Virus record (IMG/VR): IMGVR_UViG_3300025781_000045
Span: 1-28,613 of that record
Direction: 5' to 3' (one strand)
Length of the DNA: 28,613 nucleotides
DNA from: a virus
Taxonomy: Duplodnaviria > Caudoviricetes
Position numbers and translations under genes: made by a program
Notes under the pieces: generated by a model
The model's input: the letters and a program-made list of their open reading frames with translations, nothing else
Databases searched by the model: none
Told to the model about the DNA's origin: nothing
Shown here: piece after piece, positions 16,014 to 25,186 of the stretch
Layout of the letters: every line of letters starts with the position of its first letter
How positions within the stretch are numbered: position 1 is the first letter of the stretch

Positions 16014-17162
16014 ATGCTTAAATTTATTTCATATATTGTTGAAGCTTCTGATGTTGGTGGTATTCAACATATTGAGCATCCATCAGATCGTACCTTTGAT
16101 GGTTCAGATGCAGCTCATCATGCAATAAACACACTTAAGGGTGCAGCTGAAGGTTCTACTCCAATTACTCGCAAGATTGATGATAAGATGTCTTATCAAA
16201 CTATGCGTGATGAGAATGGTAAAGTTGGAGTAAAATATAAAGGTGCAGGTTCACACTATAATTTTAGTCCAGAAGATATTGATAAACAACATGGCCATAA
16301 ACCATATCTTGCTCATCCTCTAAAACTTCTTCTAGAGCATCTTCCAAAAATACTTCCTAAAAGAGAAGGTGAATGGCAAGGTGGATATATGAGTGATCCA
16401 TCGACCAGAACAATTTCTGGAGGAAGAATAAGTCATACACCAAATACAATTGAATATTCTGTACCAACTGATACTGAAGAAGGTAAAAAGCTTCAAAGAT
16501 CTAAAGTTAGTACAGTTATTCATTCAGAACTTACAGGTCCGAATCGGGAAGCACATCCGGTTACGGACCTTTCTGAATTTAGACAGCATCCTGATGTTCA
16601 TCAGGTTAGTCATTTAGTATCTCATGATGAACAACATAGTATCGATCCAGTGATGAAACGTCAAGCTATGACTCATTTGAATCAGGCACAAAAACTTTTA
16701 CAAAATCATACGCATGATCATCATGCTGGTCATGAACAAACTCTACGTCAATATATAAATTCTACAGTATCTTCTGGTGAAACTCCATCAACAGAAGGAT
16801 ATAAACAAAAATTAACAGAAATTCATAATAAAAAAATTGATGCAGTAAAAACAAAAAAAACAAAAGATACTAAAACTGCTGAAAAAGATGCTACTTTAGC
16901 TCATGTAGATAAACACAAAAAGGTTTTTGATAAATCTTTTAAGATTCATGGCCATGTTCAAGAAGCTACCAATTTACTTTCTAGAGCTTTAGCCAAAACT
17001 GCCCATGGTGGATATGGTCATGCTATTAATGGAGAAGAAACGGGCCCAGAAGGATTTGTGGCGGGTGGTTTAAAGATTGTAGATCGCAAAGGATTTTCAG
17101 CGGCAAATAGGGCCCGATCAGCTGTGCTTAGAGCATCAAAAACATTAGGAGCTAAAGTCTAA
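16014..17162 (+). CDS. DUF6267-like protein, possible ligase-type nucleotidyltransferase fold; capsid-targeting-like N-terminus
   Basis: HIEHP-x-D, TRKID, PNTIEY, PEGFV, KIVDR-x-x-FS-x-AN; N-terminus MLKFISYIVEA. Confidence 0.7.
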   Translation: MLKFISYIVEASDVGGIQHIEHPSDRTFDGSDAAHHAINTLKGAAEGSTPITRKIDDKMSYQTMRDENGKVGVKYKGAGSHYNFSPEDIDKQHGHKPYLAHPLKLLLEHLPKILPKREGEWQGGYMSDPSTRTISGGRISHTPNTIEYSVPTDTEEGKKLQRSKVSTVIHSELTGPNREAHPVTDLSEFRQHPDVHQVSHLVSHDEQHSIDPVMKRQAMTHLNQAQKLLQNHTHDHHAGHEQTLRQYINSTVSSGETPSTEGYKQKLTEIHNKKIDAVKTKKTKDTKTAEKDATLAHVDKHKKVFDKSFKIHGHVQEATNLLSRALAKTAHGGYGHAINGEETGPEGFVAGGLKIVDRKGFSAANRARSAVLRASKTLGAKV

Positions 17163-18997
17163 TGGGAAATTTTCTTGATAAAATTATGAAACGCATTAAT
17201 GTTGCTAAGGGTCAAAGTAACGTAATCGTGAATGGCAGGACAATGACCGGCGGCCGGCCAAATCAAGTTTTGATTAATCCTGATATTCAAATGAAAACTG
17301 AAAGCTTTACAAAATTTATATCACATATTCATGAAGAAAATGAAAAAGGCGAATATTCTAATCAGTTTATGAAATCAAGAGCTGGAACTGATGATGCTGA
17401 ACGACATGTAAAAAATTATTTAAATCATACTGTCGATACAGTTATGATAGGTAAAAATCATCAAGATATTCCTGAAAATACAGAAGTAGAACTTAAAGGC
17501 ACTAAAATTATTGATGGCGTTCATCATGCTATTGTTGATCATAAAGGAAATACTCATACTATTCCAATCAATAAATTAAGAAAACCTAAAAAGTCTAATA
17601 AAGGATTTGCATATGAAGCTAAAGTTTATAAAACTTTAGAAGATGATAATATGACACCGCAAGGTGCATCCGCCGCTGGATTTACCGGAGGTAATGATTT
17701 TGCGCTTGTCAATAAAAGAAAAAAAACAATACATGAAGGTGAAGCAGAACCAGATTTATATCAGGGTGAAGCTAAAAACAGTACTAAAGCTGCATTTGGA
17801 CAACTTACGCTACACCATGATCCAGAAAAAGGTGGATGGCATATTCCTGATGAAGTTAGAAAGAAGCATCCAGAATTTGCTCAATCAATAGAAAATGGGC
17901 GCCATGAGAGTGGAAAATCTCTTTTAGATCATATCAATGAAACTGTTCCTCCTCCTATTAGAGGCACAAGATCGTTGAGCGGAGATAGAAATATTTATAG
18001 TCAAGAAACAGATTTATCTCCCATGCACGCCTATTTGAAAGATCATCATGTAGATATACTTCATGTTGGAACACATGGAACATATAGAGCAGGATTATCC
18101 CAAGAAAAAGATAGAACAGGAACTAATCTTCCTCCTGCAACTGGAATGGGGCGTTTTCGTGTTAGAGGAAAACATTCATCTGGAAATTTGACTGTACAGT
18201 TTTCTCCAACACAATTAAATTCATCTAATGTCAACATTGAAAATCCAGAAAATAGAATGTCTATAAAAAAAGCCTTAGGACATAATATTGATCAAATAAC
18301 TACTCCTCCTGCTACTGCTCCTACAAAATGGGCAGAATCTGTTGATCTGACAAATATACATAGAAGACATCATGTATTATTTTTTGGTCGAGTTAATCCT
18401 CCACATGCTGGACATGAAGCTGCGTATAATTTAGTCAAAAAGCTTGGTAAAAAATATAATGGTACTTCAAGTATGATCTTATCTAGAACTCAAGATAATA
18501 AAAAGAATCCATTATCTCCAGAACAAAAAGAAGAACACGCTAAAAAAGCTTTTCCAGATGTAGTTACACAAGTAGCAGATAAAGAACATCCGACTCTATT
18601 ACATCAATTATCAAAGCTTCATGAAAATGGTGTTACCGATTTGCACATGGTTGCAGGATCAGATCGTATTCCTGAATATCAAAAATTAATTAATAATTAT
18701 AATGGACAAACTGGACCACATGGTTATTATAATTTTAAATCCATAAATCTTCATTCTGCCGGTGAAAGAGATCCAGATTCTGAAGGTGTAACAGGAGTAT
18801 CAGCTTCAAGCCAAAGACTTCATGCACAAAATGGCAAATATGATAAATTTGCTTCTGGTGCACCAAGTACTATGAAACCAAATGATGTAAAAAAACTATA
18901 TGATGATGTTCGTTCCGGATTAGCTCCGCCAAAACCATCTAGAGAAAAACCTTGCGATAAATGTGGTCGTGTTGGTTGTAAAGTACATAAGGATTAA
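17162..18997 (+). CDS. Fusion: PD-(D/E)XK-like domain plus HxGH cytidylyl/nucleotidyltransferase
   Basis: GFAYE...AG...ND...GEAK N-terminal domain; C-terminal FGRVNPPHAGH, KNPL, VAGSDR, SAGERDPD, SAS. Confidence 0.75.
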   Translation: MGNFLDKIMKRINVAKGQSNVIVNGRTMTGGRPNQVLINPDIQMKTESFTKFISHIHEENEKGEYSNQFMKSRAGTDDAERHVKNYLNHTVDTVMIGKNHQDIPENTEVELKGTKIIDGVHHAIVDHKGNTHTIPINKLRKPKKSNKGFAYEAKVYKTLEDDNMTPQGASAAGFTGGNDFALVNKRKKTIHEGEAEPDLYQGEAKNSTKAAFGQLTLHHDPEKGGWHIPDEVRKKHPEFAQSIENGRHESGKSLLDHINETVPPPIRGTRSLSGDRNIYSQETDLSPMHAYLKDHHVDILHVGTHGTYRAGLSQEKDRTGTNLPPATGMGRFRVRGKHSSGNLTVQFSPTQLNSSNVNIENPENRMSIKKALGHNIDQITTPPATAPTKWAESVDLTNIHRRHHVLFFGRVNPPHAGHEAAYNLVKKLGKKYNGTSSMILSRTQDNKKNPLSPEQKEEHAKKAFPDVVTQVADKEHPTLLHQLSKLHENGVTDLHMVAGSDRIPEYQKLINNYNGQTGPHGYYNFKSINLHSAGERDPDSEGVTGVSASSQRLHAQNGKYDKFASGAPSTMKPNDVKKLYDDVRSGLAPPKPSREKPCDKCGRVGCKVHKD

Positions 18998-18999
18998 TC

Positions 19000-20112
19000 A
19001 TGGAATCTTCAAGTCATCCATTATCTTCTAGAACTTCTACAGGCAGTACGAGTATTCCTAAATCTAATAAATCTATAAAAACCGGATTTAGAACAGGTAA
19101 TTCTCCAGGATTTAAAAGTAAAAAAGAAGTTTCAAGTCCAGCTGTAGCTGTAGCTTATCAAAAAGCTTCAATTAAAAAAGCTTCAGATGCTGCTAAAAAT
19201 AGTGCTAAGATTGTTAAATTAGCCGCTAAATCAGTTCAAAATTCAGCCAAAAAAGCTGCTGAAGCAGCAACTAAAAGAGCAGCACTTACAGCAGCACAAA
19301 ATAAAAAAGAAATTCATTCTGGTGAATTACATACACAAAGTATGCAATACGCAAATTCTTCTAGAACTCGTCCTGCACAACCACACAATCCTCAAAACGC
19401 TGGATCAAAAAGCCAATTCGAAGAAGTTACACCAAAAAAATATAAAAAAGCACCAAATCTTAAGGATAAACAAATCATGGGAATGAATGCTACTTTTGGT
19501 AATACCAAAGGCTCCGGAGCTGGTGATACAACTCAAGTAACTTCTAATCCATATGAATCTACTCAATATAATATTCCTTTTGATAGAAAAGATTCAGAAG
19601 GTAAGCCTATTGGATATGATAAAACTGTAGATTCAAAAGATACCAAAAAACAGCTTAATCGTCGTAAAGCTATGAAAATTGTTAAAGCTTATGTAAATGA
19701 AGAAGGTATTGGCGGAGAAGGAACTTCTGGAGGTTGGGGTGGTGCTGATTTAGTAGATGGTGGCCGACAAGACGGTGGAAAAAATTATACTCTAGCAAAA
19801 AATCCTGAATCTAAAAATTATAAATTAAAAAAGAAATTTAAACAAGTTAGAGAAAGTGGATTTACTGAACCTACTGGTGCCGGTGATACTGGTGGTGGTG
19901 CTGGAGATGGATTTCCAGTAGATGACAAAATGGATAATCTAATAACAGTTCCAGAAAAATTAAAGAAAAAGAAAAAAATTGAAGAATTTTCAGTACCCGA
20001 AGGCACTACCGGCAAAAGAAAAAAAGTATTCTCAGCAATGATTCCTATTCGTATGGCTGATGGCACTATTAAAAAGTTGCCACCTGGTAAAAGTGGGAGT
20101 TCAGGGCACTAA
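19000..20112 (+). CDS. Low-complexity basic modular protein, probable head/core protein
   Basis: K/A/S/G-rich; segments ending FEE, VNEE, VRES, IEE; C-terminal IRMADG-x-IKKLPPGKSGSS. Confidence 0.65.
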   Translation: MESSSHPLSSRTSTGSTSIPKSNKSIKTGFRTGNSPGFKSKKEVSSPAVAVAYQKASIKKASDAAKNSAKIVKLAAKSVQNSAKKAAEAATKRAALTAAQNKKEIHSGELHTQSMQYANSSRTRPAQPHNPQNAGSKSQFEEVTPKKYKKAPNLKDKQIMGMNATFGNTKGSGAGDTTQVTSNPYESTQYNIPFDRKDSEGKPIGYDKTVDSKDTKKQLNRRKAMKIVKAYVNEEGIGGEGTSGGWGGADLVDGGRQDGGKNYTLAKNPESKNYKLKKKFKQVRESGFTEPTGAGDTGGGAGDGFPVDDKMDNLITVPEKLKKKKKIEEFSVPEGTTGKRKKVFSAMIPIRMADGTIKKLPPGKSGSSGH

Positions 20113-20900
20113 TGAATGAAAAAGAACAGAAACTTCTTGATAGTTGGTCTAAACTACTGGGCAATCCTGAAGTTTCTGAGTCAACACTAAAAAAAATTGA
20201 AATTGATGTAGCTAAAAAAGAACGTGAAAAACGTATACTAGAAAGTTTTGAAAATACTCTTTTAGGTATCAAACCAATCAAAGATGTTAAAATAGAACCT
20301 ATTACAATAGTTGAAGAAGAAATTATTGATGAATCTTTTGTAAATGCTAGAAATGATACGACTAGGCAAATAACACAGTCCGTAAATACTCCTATTGAAA
20401 AACAGCCTCAACTTCCAGATGATTTTGTTAATAAATCTGTACAAGCAATATCAAAAGCTGTAAATAAAATTCCTCAAGATACATTACCAAAGTCAGAAGA
20501 AATACCTTCTGCTATGCGTAAAGAAATGGATCTTTTAAAAAAATCTGTTTTGGATTTACACCAATTTGCTTCACGCATTTCACAAATGGGTGGAGGTGGA
20601 GCCGGTTCTGTAGATGAATTATATTTTAGAACAATTAGTGTTACAGGAAATTATACAGGCACTAATAAAGATTATTATATTGGAGTAAATTCATCTATAC
20701 CTTGTACTATAACTTTACCTAAGGGTAATAAATCAGGTAGACAAGTTATTATAAAAGATGAAAGCGGAGCTTGCGCTACAAACAATATTACAATAATTAC
20801 ACAAGGTACTGATACAATAGATAATAATACATCTGCTATCATGGCCATAAATAATATGTCACTTACATTTATATATCGAAATGGTTGGAGAATTATATAA
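20112..20900 (+). CDS. Putative virion structural protein
   Basis: GGGGAG hinge, then DYYIGVN...ITLP...IIKDESG...NNITI...IY-x-NGW beta domain. Confidence 0.65.
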   Translation: MNEKEQKLLDSWSKLLGNPEVSESTLKKIEIDVAKKEREKRILESFENTLLGIKPIKDVKIEPITIVEEEIIDESFVNARNDTTRQITQSVNTPIEKQPQLPDDFVNKSVQAISKAVNKIPQDTLPKSEEIPSAMRKEMDLLKKSVLDLHQFASRISQMGGGGAGSVDELYFRTISVTGNYTGTNKDYYIGVNSSIPCTITLPKGNKSGRQVIIKDESGACATNNITIITQGTDTIDNNTSAIMAINNMSLTFIYRNGWRII

Positions 20901-22432
20901 TGGCATATACTTTTAGTACTTTTAGTAATGTTAGCTTTATATATAATAGTAATGGCACACCATTTTCAAATAGTACCGCATTACCTGTTTATGTTAATAA
21001 TGCAATAACTATATCAGGAAATATTGCTGGTATAACTTCCAATGTTTATATACAACCTACATCTACAGCTAATTTGGCTATCAATAATTTACCAGCAACT
21101 CAAAACGTACAAGTTCTTTCAAATACAACAAATTATGTTTATACTCAATTTGCACCTACATGGTCTCTAGATGCACTTAACAAAGTAAGAACCTCAGCTA
21201 CATTAAATCAAGATTGGTTTGTTCCTGTAGTTGATGATGATACATCATTTAGATGGTCACAAGCAACTTCAGGAACAGGATCAGGTAGTCAATTCATTGC
21301 CAACACAAATGAAATTCAAATCACTAGTGGAACTTCTGCTTCAGGTTATGTATACAGACAAACTTATTCCAGATTTAAGATCATTCCTGGAACATCACAC
21401 GCTGTATATACTACAGTAAACTGGGAAGCTAATACAACTACTGAATCTGGTGTAACTAGAAGAACTGGTATATTTGATCAAAACAATGGAATCTTTTGGG
21501 AACAGGGTGGTGTATCAGCTAATACATTAGCTATAGTTGTTAGAAGAACACAGGCTAATGGTAATATTACCGAAGATAGAATATATGCTAATAATTTTAA
21601 TACAGATAAATTAGATGGAACTGGTCCATCAGGATTTAATATTTTTTCTTCTGGATTTACAAAATATTATACTTTTTGGTTTGATTTTATTGGAGGTAGA
21701 ACAGGTCGTATACGTTTTGGTATGGGTACATCTATTGGTCCTCAAATTTGTCACGTACAGAGTTACACAGGTGCTATTAATTCAACTGTTCCTTTTATAG
21801 CTGATAATAGCTTACCTCTACGTCGTGAAATATTCAACGGATCTTCAGGATCATTTACAACTACTGCGCCAACATATAATATGTCAGGTATTTCTTTTCA
21901 GGCAGAAGCACCTTCAGCATTCAATCCTTCGCCAACAACTGGTTACAATGCTAACGGATACGTACCCAGCACAACAACATTGACTCCAATTATGTCTATT
22001 GGATTAAGATCAGGCGCTCCATTTAATGGGTCTGATATTTCTCCTGGGGAATTTAACCTTGTTGATATTAACAATCAGGGCAAAAACGCAACTGCTGCTA
22101 CCTTCTTATACACAGTAGTATATAATGCCAACGTAAATGGAGCAGCTATATACTCAAACACTTCAGCTAGCGTTAATGCAAATACTGGTAGATCATCTCA
22201 AATATGGGCTTGGCCAAATACGGCAACAGTAACAAATGGAATAACTTTATTGTCGGGCATCACCCAATCAGGTGGTACAAGTGTTGCTTTTGACGGATTA
22301 TCACAAACTTATAATATTGGCTCTGATATTAACGGGTATCCTGCTACACTTACCTTATGTCTAAAACAATTAGCTGCTGGTGGTTCGACAGCAAACGTAG
22401 TCGCATCTTGGAACTTTGTTGAGCAATTATAA
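20900..22432 (+). CDS. Putative virion structural/fibre-associated beta-rich protein
   Basis: T/S/N/G-rich; RQT...PG, RTG-x-FD-x-NNG-x-F, DKLDGTGPSG, GRIRFG, LPLR-x-E; start at ATG 20900 (TAATG). Confidence 0.65.
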   Translation: MAYTFSTFSNVSFIYNSNGTPFSNSTALPVYVNNAITISGNIAGITSNVYIQPTSTANLAINNLPATQNVQVLSNTTNYVYTQFAPTWSLDALNKVRTSATLNQDWFVPVVDDDTSFRWSQATSGTGSGSQFIANTNEIQITSGTSASGYVYRQTYSRFKIIPGTSHAVYTTVNWEANTTTESGVTRRTGIFDQNNGIFWEQGGVSANTLAIVVRRTQANGNITEDRIYANNFNTDKLDGTGPSGFNIFSSGFTKYYTFWFDFIGGRTGRIRFGMGTSIGPQICHVQSYTGAINSTVPFIADNSLPLRREIFNGSSGSFTTTAPTYNMSGISFQAEAPSAFNPSPTTGYNANGYVPSTTTLTPIMSIGLRSGAPFNGSDISPGEFNLVDINNQGKNATAATFLYTVVYNANVNGAAIYSNTSASVNANTGRSSQIWAWPNTATVTNGITLLSGITQSGGTSVAFDGLSQTYNIGSDINGYPATLTLCLKQLAAGGSTANVVASWNFVEQL

Positions 22433-23304
22433 TGAAAAATTTTACGTCTTTTGTTGAAGAAAAAGTAAAACTAGTTCAAGAGCATTTGCGTTATAGTAAA
22501 ACAGATCTTGAACCTATTATGAGCAAAGAAACTTTAGATTATCATTTTGATGGATTAGCATCAAAATATGTTGAACGTTATAATACAGGTGAAGGTGATC
22601 CTGATTTTAATTTTGGTGGAGCTATTTTACACAATTTATATTTTGCACAGTTTTGTGAACCAAATAAATCTAATTTTACAGGAACTGCTAAAGCTAAAAT
22701 AGAAGATAAATTTGGTTCTCTTAGTAAAATGCAAGATGCTATTGAAGAACAAGCTATGAAGATTCAAGGTTCAGGCTGGATTTATCTTAATGATAATTGT
22801 GAAATTAACATTATTCATAATCATGAATATCATTCAAATATGAAAATAATGTTACTTATTGATTGGTGGGAACATGCTTGGGCTTTAGATTATCAGGCTA
22901 ATAAAAAAGAATATTTAAAAAATATCTATAAAATAATAGATTGGTCAATAATAAGTTCTAGATTTATTTCTGTATTAAAAGAAGATGCTCCTCCACAAAA
23001 TATTTTAAAAAATCCAAGTATGATGCATAATAATAAACTTGAAGCATATGCTGCTGCTAAAAAAATGGCATCTCAACAAGCAAATCCAAATGATAGAGCT
23101 TATATTTTAACTTATAAATATTATAAACATTCAAATACTAAACAATTTATTGTTGTATATAATAGAAGTTTATTAAGCCAAGCACCAAATTGGCAAGAAC
23201 TTGGATATAAAATAATCGGATGGGTCTCACAAAATGATGGTTCGGTTATTCTTACACCTAGTGGAAAATATATAAAAGGAGATCCTAATGAGCAAACTGA
23301 CTGA
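22432..23304 (+). CDS. sod: Fe/Mn superoxide dismutase (phage type) with C-terminal extension
   Basis: LEP-x-MS-x-ETL-x-YH, GG-x-x-LH, QGSGW, DWWEHAW; all four metal ligands present. Confidence 0.88.
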   Translation: MKNFTSFVEEKVKLVQEHLRYSKTDLEPIMSKETLDYHFDGLASKYVERYNTGEGDPDFNFGGAILHNLYFAQFCEPNKSNFTGTAKAKIEDKFGSLSKMQDAIEEQAMKIQGSGWIYLNDNCEINIIHNHEYHSNMKIMLLIDWWEHAWALDYQANKKEYLKNIYKIIDWSIISSRFISVLKEDAPPQNILKNPSMMHNNKLEAYAAAKKMASQQANPNDRAYILTYKYYKHSNTKQFIVVYNRSLLSQAPNWQELGYKIIGWVSQNDGSVILTPSGKYIKGDPNEQTD

Positions 23305-23731
23305 TGCATTAAAAGTAGTATTAGCTGATACATTTGCATTTTATTTAAAAATTCATAATTATCATTGGAATGTCACCGGTCCAGATTTTTATGAATATCA
23401 TATTTTCTTTGAAAAACTTTATACTGAAGTTTTTGAAGCGGTTGATTCAGTAGCCGAGCATATTAGATCTTTAGATGAATATGCACCAGGTTCATTAAGT
23501 AGATTTTCTGAATTGACAACTATAGCTGATGCCAAGACTGTCCCAGAAGGATTAAATATGGCTAAACAGCTATTAAATGATAATGCAAAGGTCATTGAAT
23601 CTTTGAAAAATGCTTATCTTATTGCAGAAGAAATGCAAGAAATTGGAGTTAGTAATTTCTTACAAGATAGAACAGATATTCATAAGAAACATGCATGGAT
23701 GCTTAGAGCAACTATCAAAGACAGAATTTAA
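23288..23731 (+). CDS. dps: Dps/ferritin-like DNA protection protein
   Basis: HNYHWNVTG-x-x-F-x-x-x-H-x-x-FE, D-x-x-AE, H-x-KHAWML. Confidence 0.92.
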   Translation: MSKLTDALKVVLADTFAFYLKIHNYHWNVTGPDFYEYHIFFEKLYTEVFEAVDSVAEHIRSLDEYAPGSLSRFSELTTIADAKTVPEGLNMAKQLLNDNAKVIESLKNAYLIAEEMQEIGVSNFLQDRTDIHKKHAWMLRATIKDRI

Positions 23732-23764
23732 TAAATAAGAAGAAGTATTTTTTAGGAGATTTCA

Positions 23765-24955
23765 ATGAAAGTTTATCACGAAGAATTTGGTGAAGGCCAA
23801 ATCATCAATTCCACAGAAGTATTAGACGAAGCTGGTAATATTCTATATGTAGATGTTATGTTCGAGCATGGCGTTGAATTAAGTGTAAGTTCTGAAGAGC
23901 TTTCAGAACTTTCTAAAGAATTTTATGCAGCAGCCGCTAATCATGATGCAAAGCATAAACAAAATCTTTATGGAACAAAAATGACAAAGGCTGGTGCAAA
24001 ACCTGCTAAATTACAATTTCATAAAATTCCAGAAACACAAAAAGAAGAAGCCATTTCTGAAAAGCTAACAAAAGATATGTCTGCTGCTGATGTCATCGAT
24101 GACTTTGTTCATTCAGATGATCCTAAGTTTAAAGGCAAATCAAAAGAAGAACGTAAGAAAATGGCTCTAGGTGCTTATTATTCAATGCATCCAGAACTAA
24201 AGAAAGAAGAAGTAGAACTTGAAGAAGATGTATATCCTCTTTGGGGAATGGGAATTAATAAGTTCCGTTCTTTTATTGAAGAAGAAGATACTCCAGTAAA
24301 GCGTGGTCGTGGGCGTCCTATGGGTTCAAAATCTTTTGGTGCTGCTAAAAGAGCCGGAATGTCATCTACTGAAGCAGGTGGTCCATCAGAACCTCCATCA
24401 TTTACAGATCAGCTTTTAAAAGCTGCCGATAATAGAGATGGTGGTCATGTAAAATTTGATAATGGAAAAACTCATCATATTCCTCGTCCACATGCTATTG
24501 CTGCTATTCATCATTTAGGTAAGCCAGAAAAGCCAGCCGAAAAAGAAGAAATGCGATCGCATATGGGTGCTTCTAAAGAAAATTTTGATTCTATAAGAAC
24601 TAGTGGTGGTAAGATTCCATCAAAAGCTCCAGCATATGATCCTGATGCAAGAATTAAAGCTAGAACAAAAAGCATTGTTGGTGAAGGAAAAGAACTTTCA
24701 GCTAAACAAAAGAAAATTGCTGCATTAGCTCCTCCAGCAGATGAAATCGATGCTAAAGATTTAGAAATTCTACGCAATAAAAAGAAAGCTATGAAAGAAG
24801 AAACTGAATCAAAAACTTCAGTATATACAGAAGCTAATCGATATCGCGCAGTAGAATCAGCTGTTCGTGAAATCATGTCTAAAAATCATGATATTCGAGC
24901 AGAAGCTAAAGAGGCTGAATGGAAGCGCAATAATCCAGGTTTGGTTAAGGACTAA
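23765..24955 (+). CDS. Modular head/core-like protein with AT-hook
   Basis: HEEFGEG...DVMFEHG; I-x-DFVHSD-x-PKFKGKSK-x-ER-x-x-MALGAYY; KRGRGRP; KQKKIAA...ID-x-x-D; modules separated by Glu-rich linkers. Confidence 0.7.
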   Translation: MKVYHEEFGEGQIINSTEVLDEAGNILYVDVMFEHGVELSVSSEELSELSKEFYAAAANHDAKHKQNLYGTKMTKAGAKPAKLQFHKIPETQKEEAISEKLTKDMSAADVIDDFVHSDDPKFKGKSKEERKKMALGAYYSMHPELKKEEVELEEDVYPLWGMGINKFRSFIEEEDTPVKRGRGRPMGSKSFGAAKRAGMSSTEAGGPSEPPSFTDQLLKAADNRDGGHVKFDNGKTHHIPRPHAIAAIHHLGKPEKPAEKEEMRSHMGASKENFDSIRTSGGKIPSKAPAYDPDARIKARTKSIVGEGKELSAKQKKIAALAPPADEIDAKDLEILRNKKKAMKEETESKTSVYTEANRYRAVESAVREIMSKNHDIRAEAKEAEWKRNNPGLVKD

Positions 24956-24958
24956 TAC

Positions 24959-25159
24959 GTGCCAGTTGTAGCACATAATATTGTTATATTAAATAGTCAG
25001 GAAGCGGTACCTAAGATAAAGCACGATGAATCTGTGCATCTGAAAGTATCCGCTCCTCCTGTTGTAAATATTGCTACTGATGTAGCTGTCATGCATAATC
25101 CAGATGTTGTTTTGAAACCATCTGAATATGTTTCTCAGATGTTTCGTATAAATAAATAA
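24959..25159 (+). CDS. Hypothetical protein
   Basis: GTG start after AAGGA; fills the gap. Confidence 0.6.
   Translation: MPVVAHNIVILNSQEAVPKIKHDESVHLKVSAPPVVNIATDVAVMHNPDVVLKPSEYVSQMFRINK
25147..25154 (+). promoter_or_regulatory. T4-type late promoter TATAAATA
   Basis: Exact consensus upstream of the AAGGAG RBS and ORF 25187. Confidence 0.8.
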
Positions 25160-25186
25160 AATAATCATTCTTTAAGGAGATAAGAA

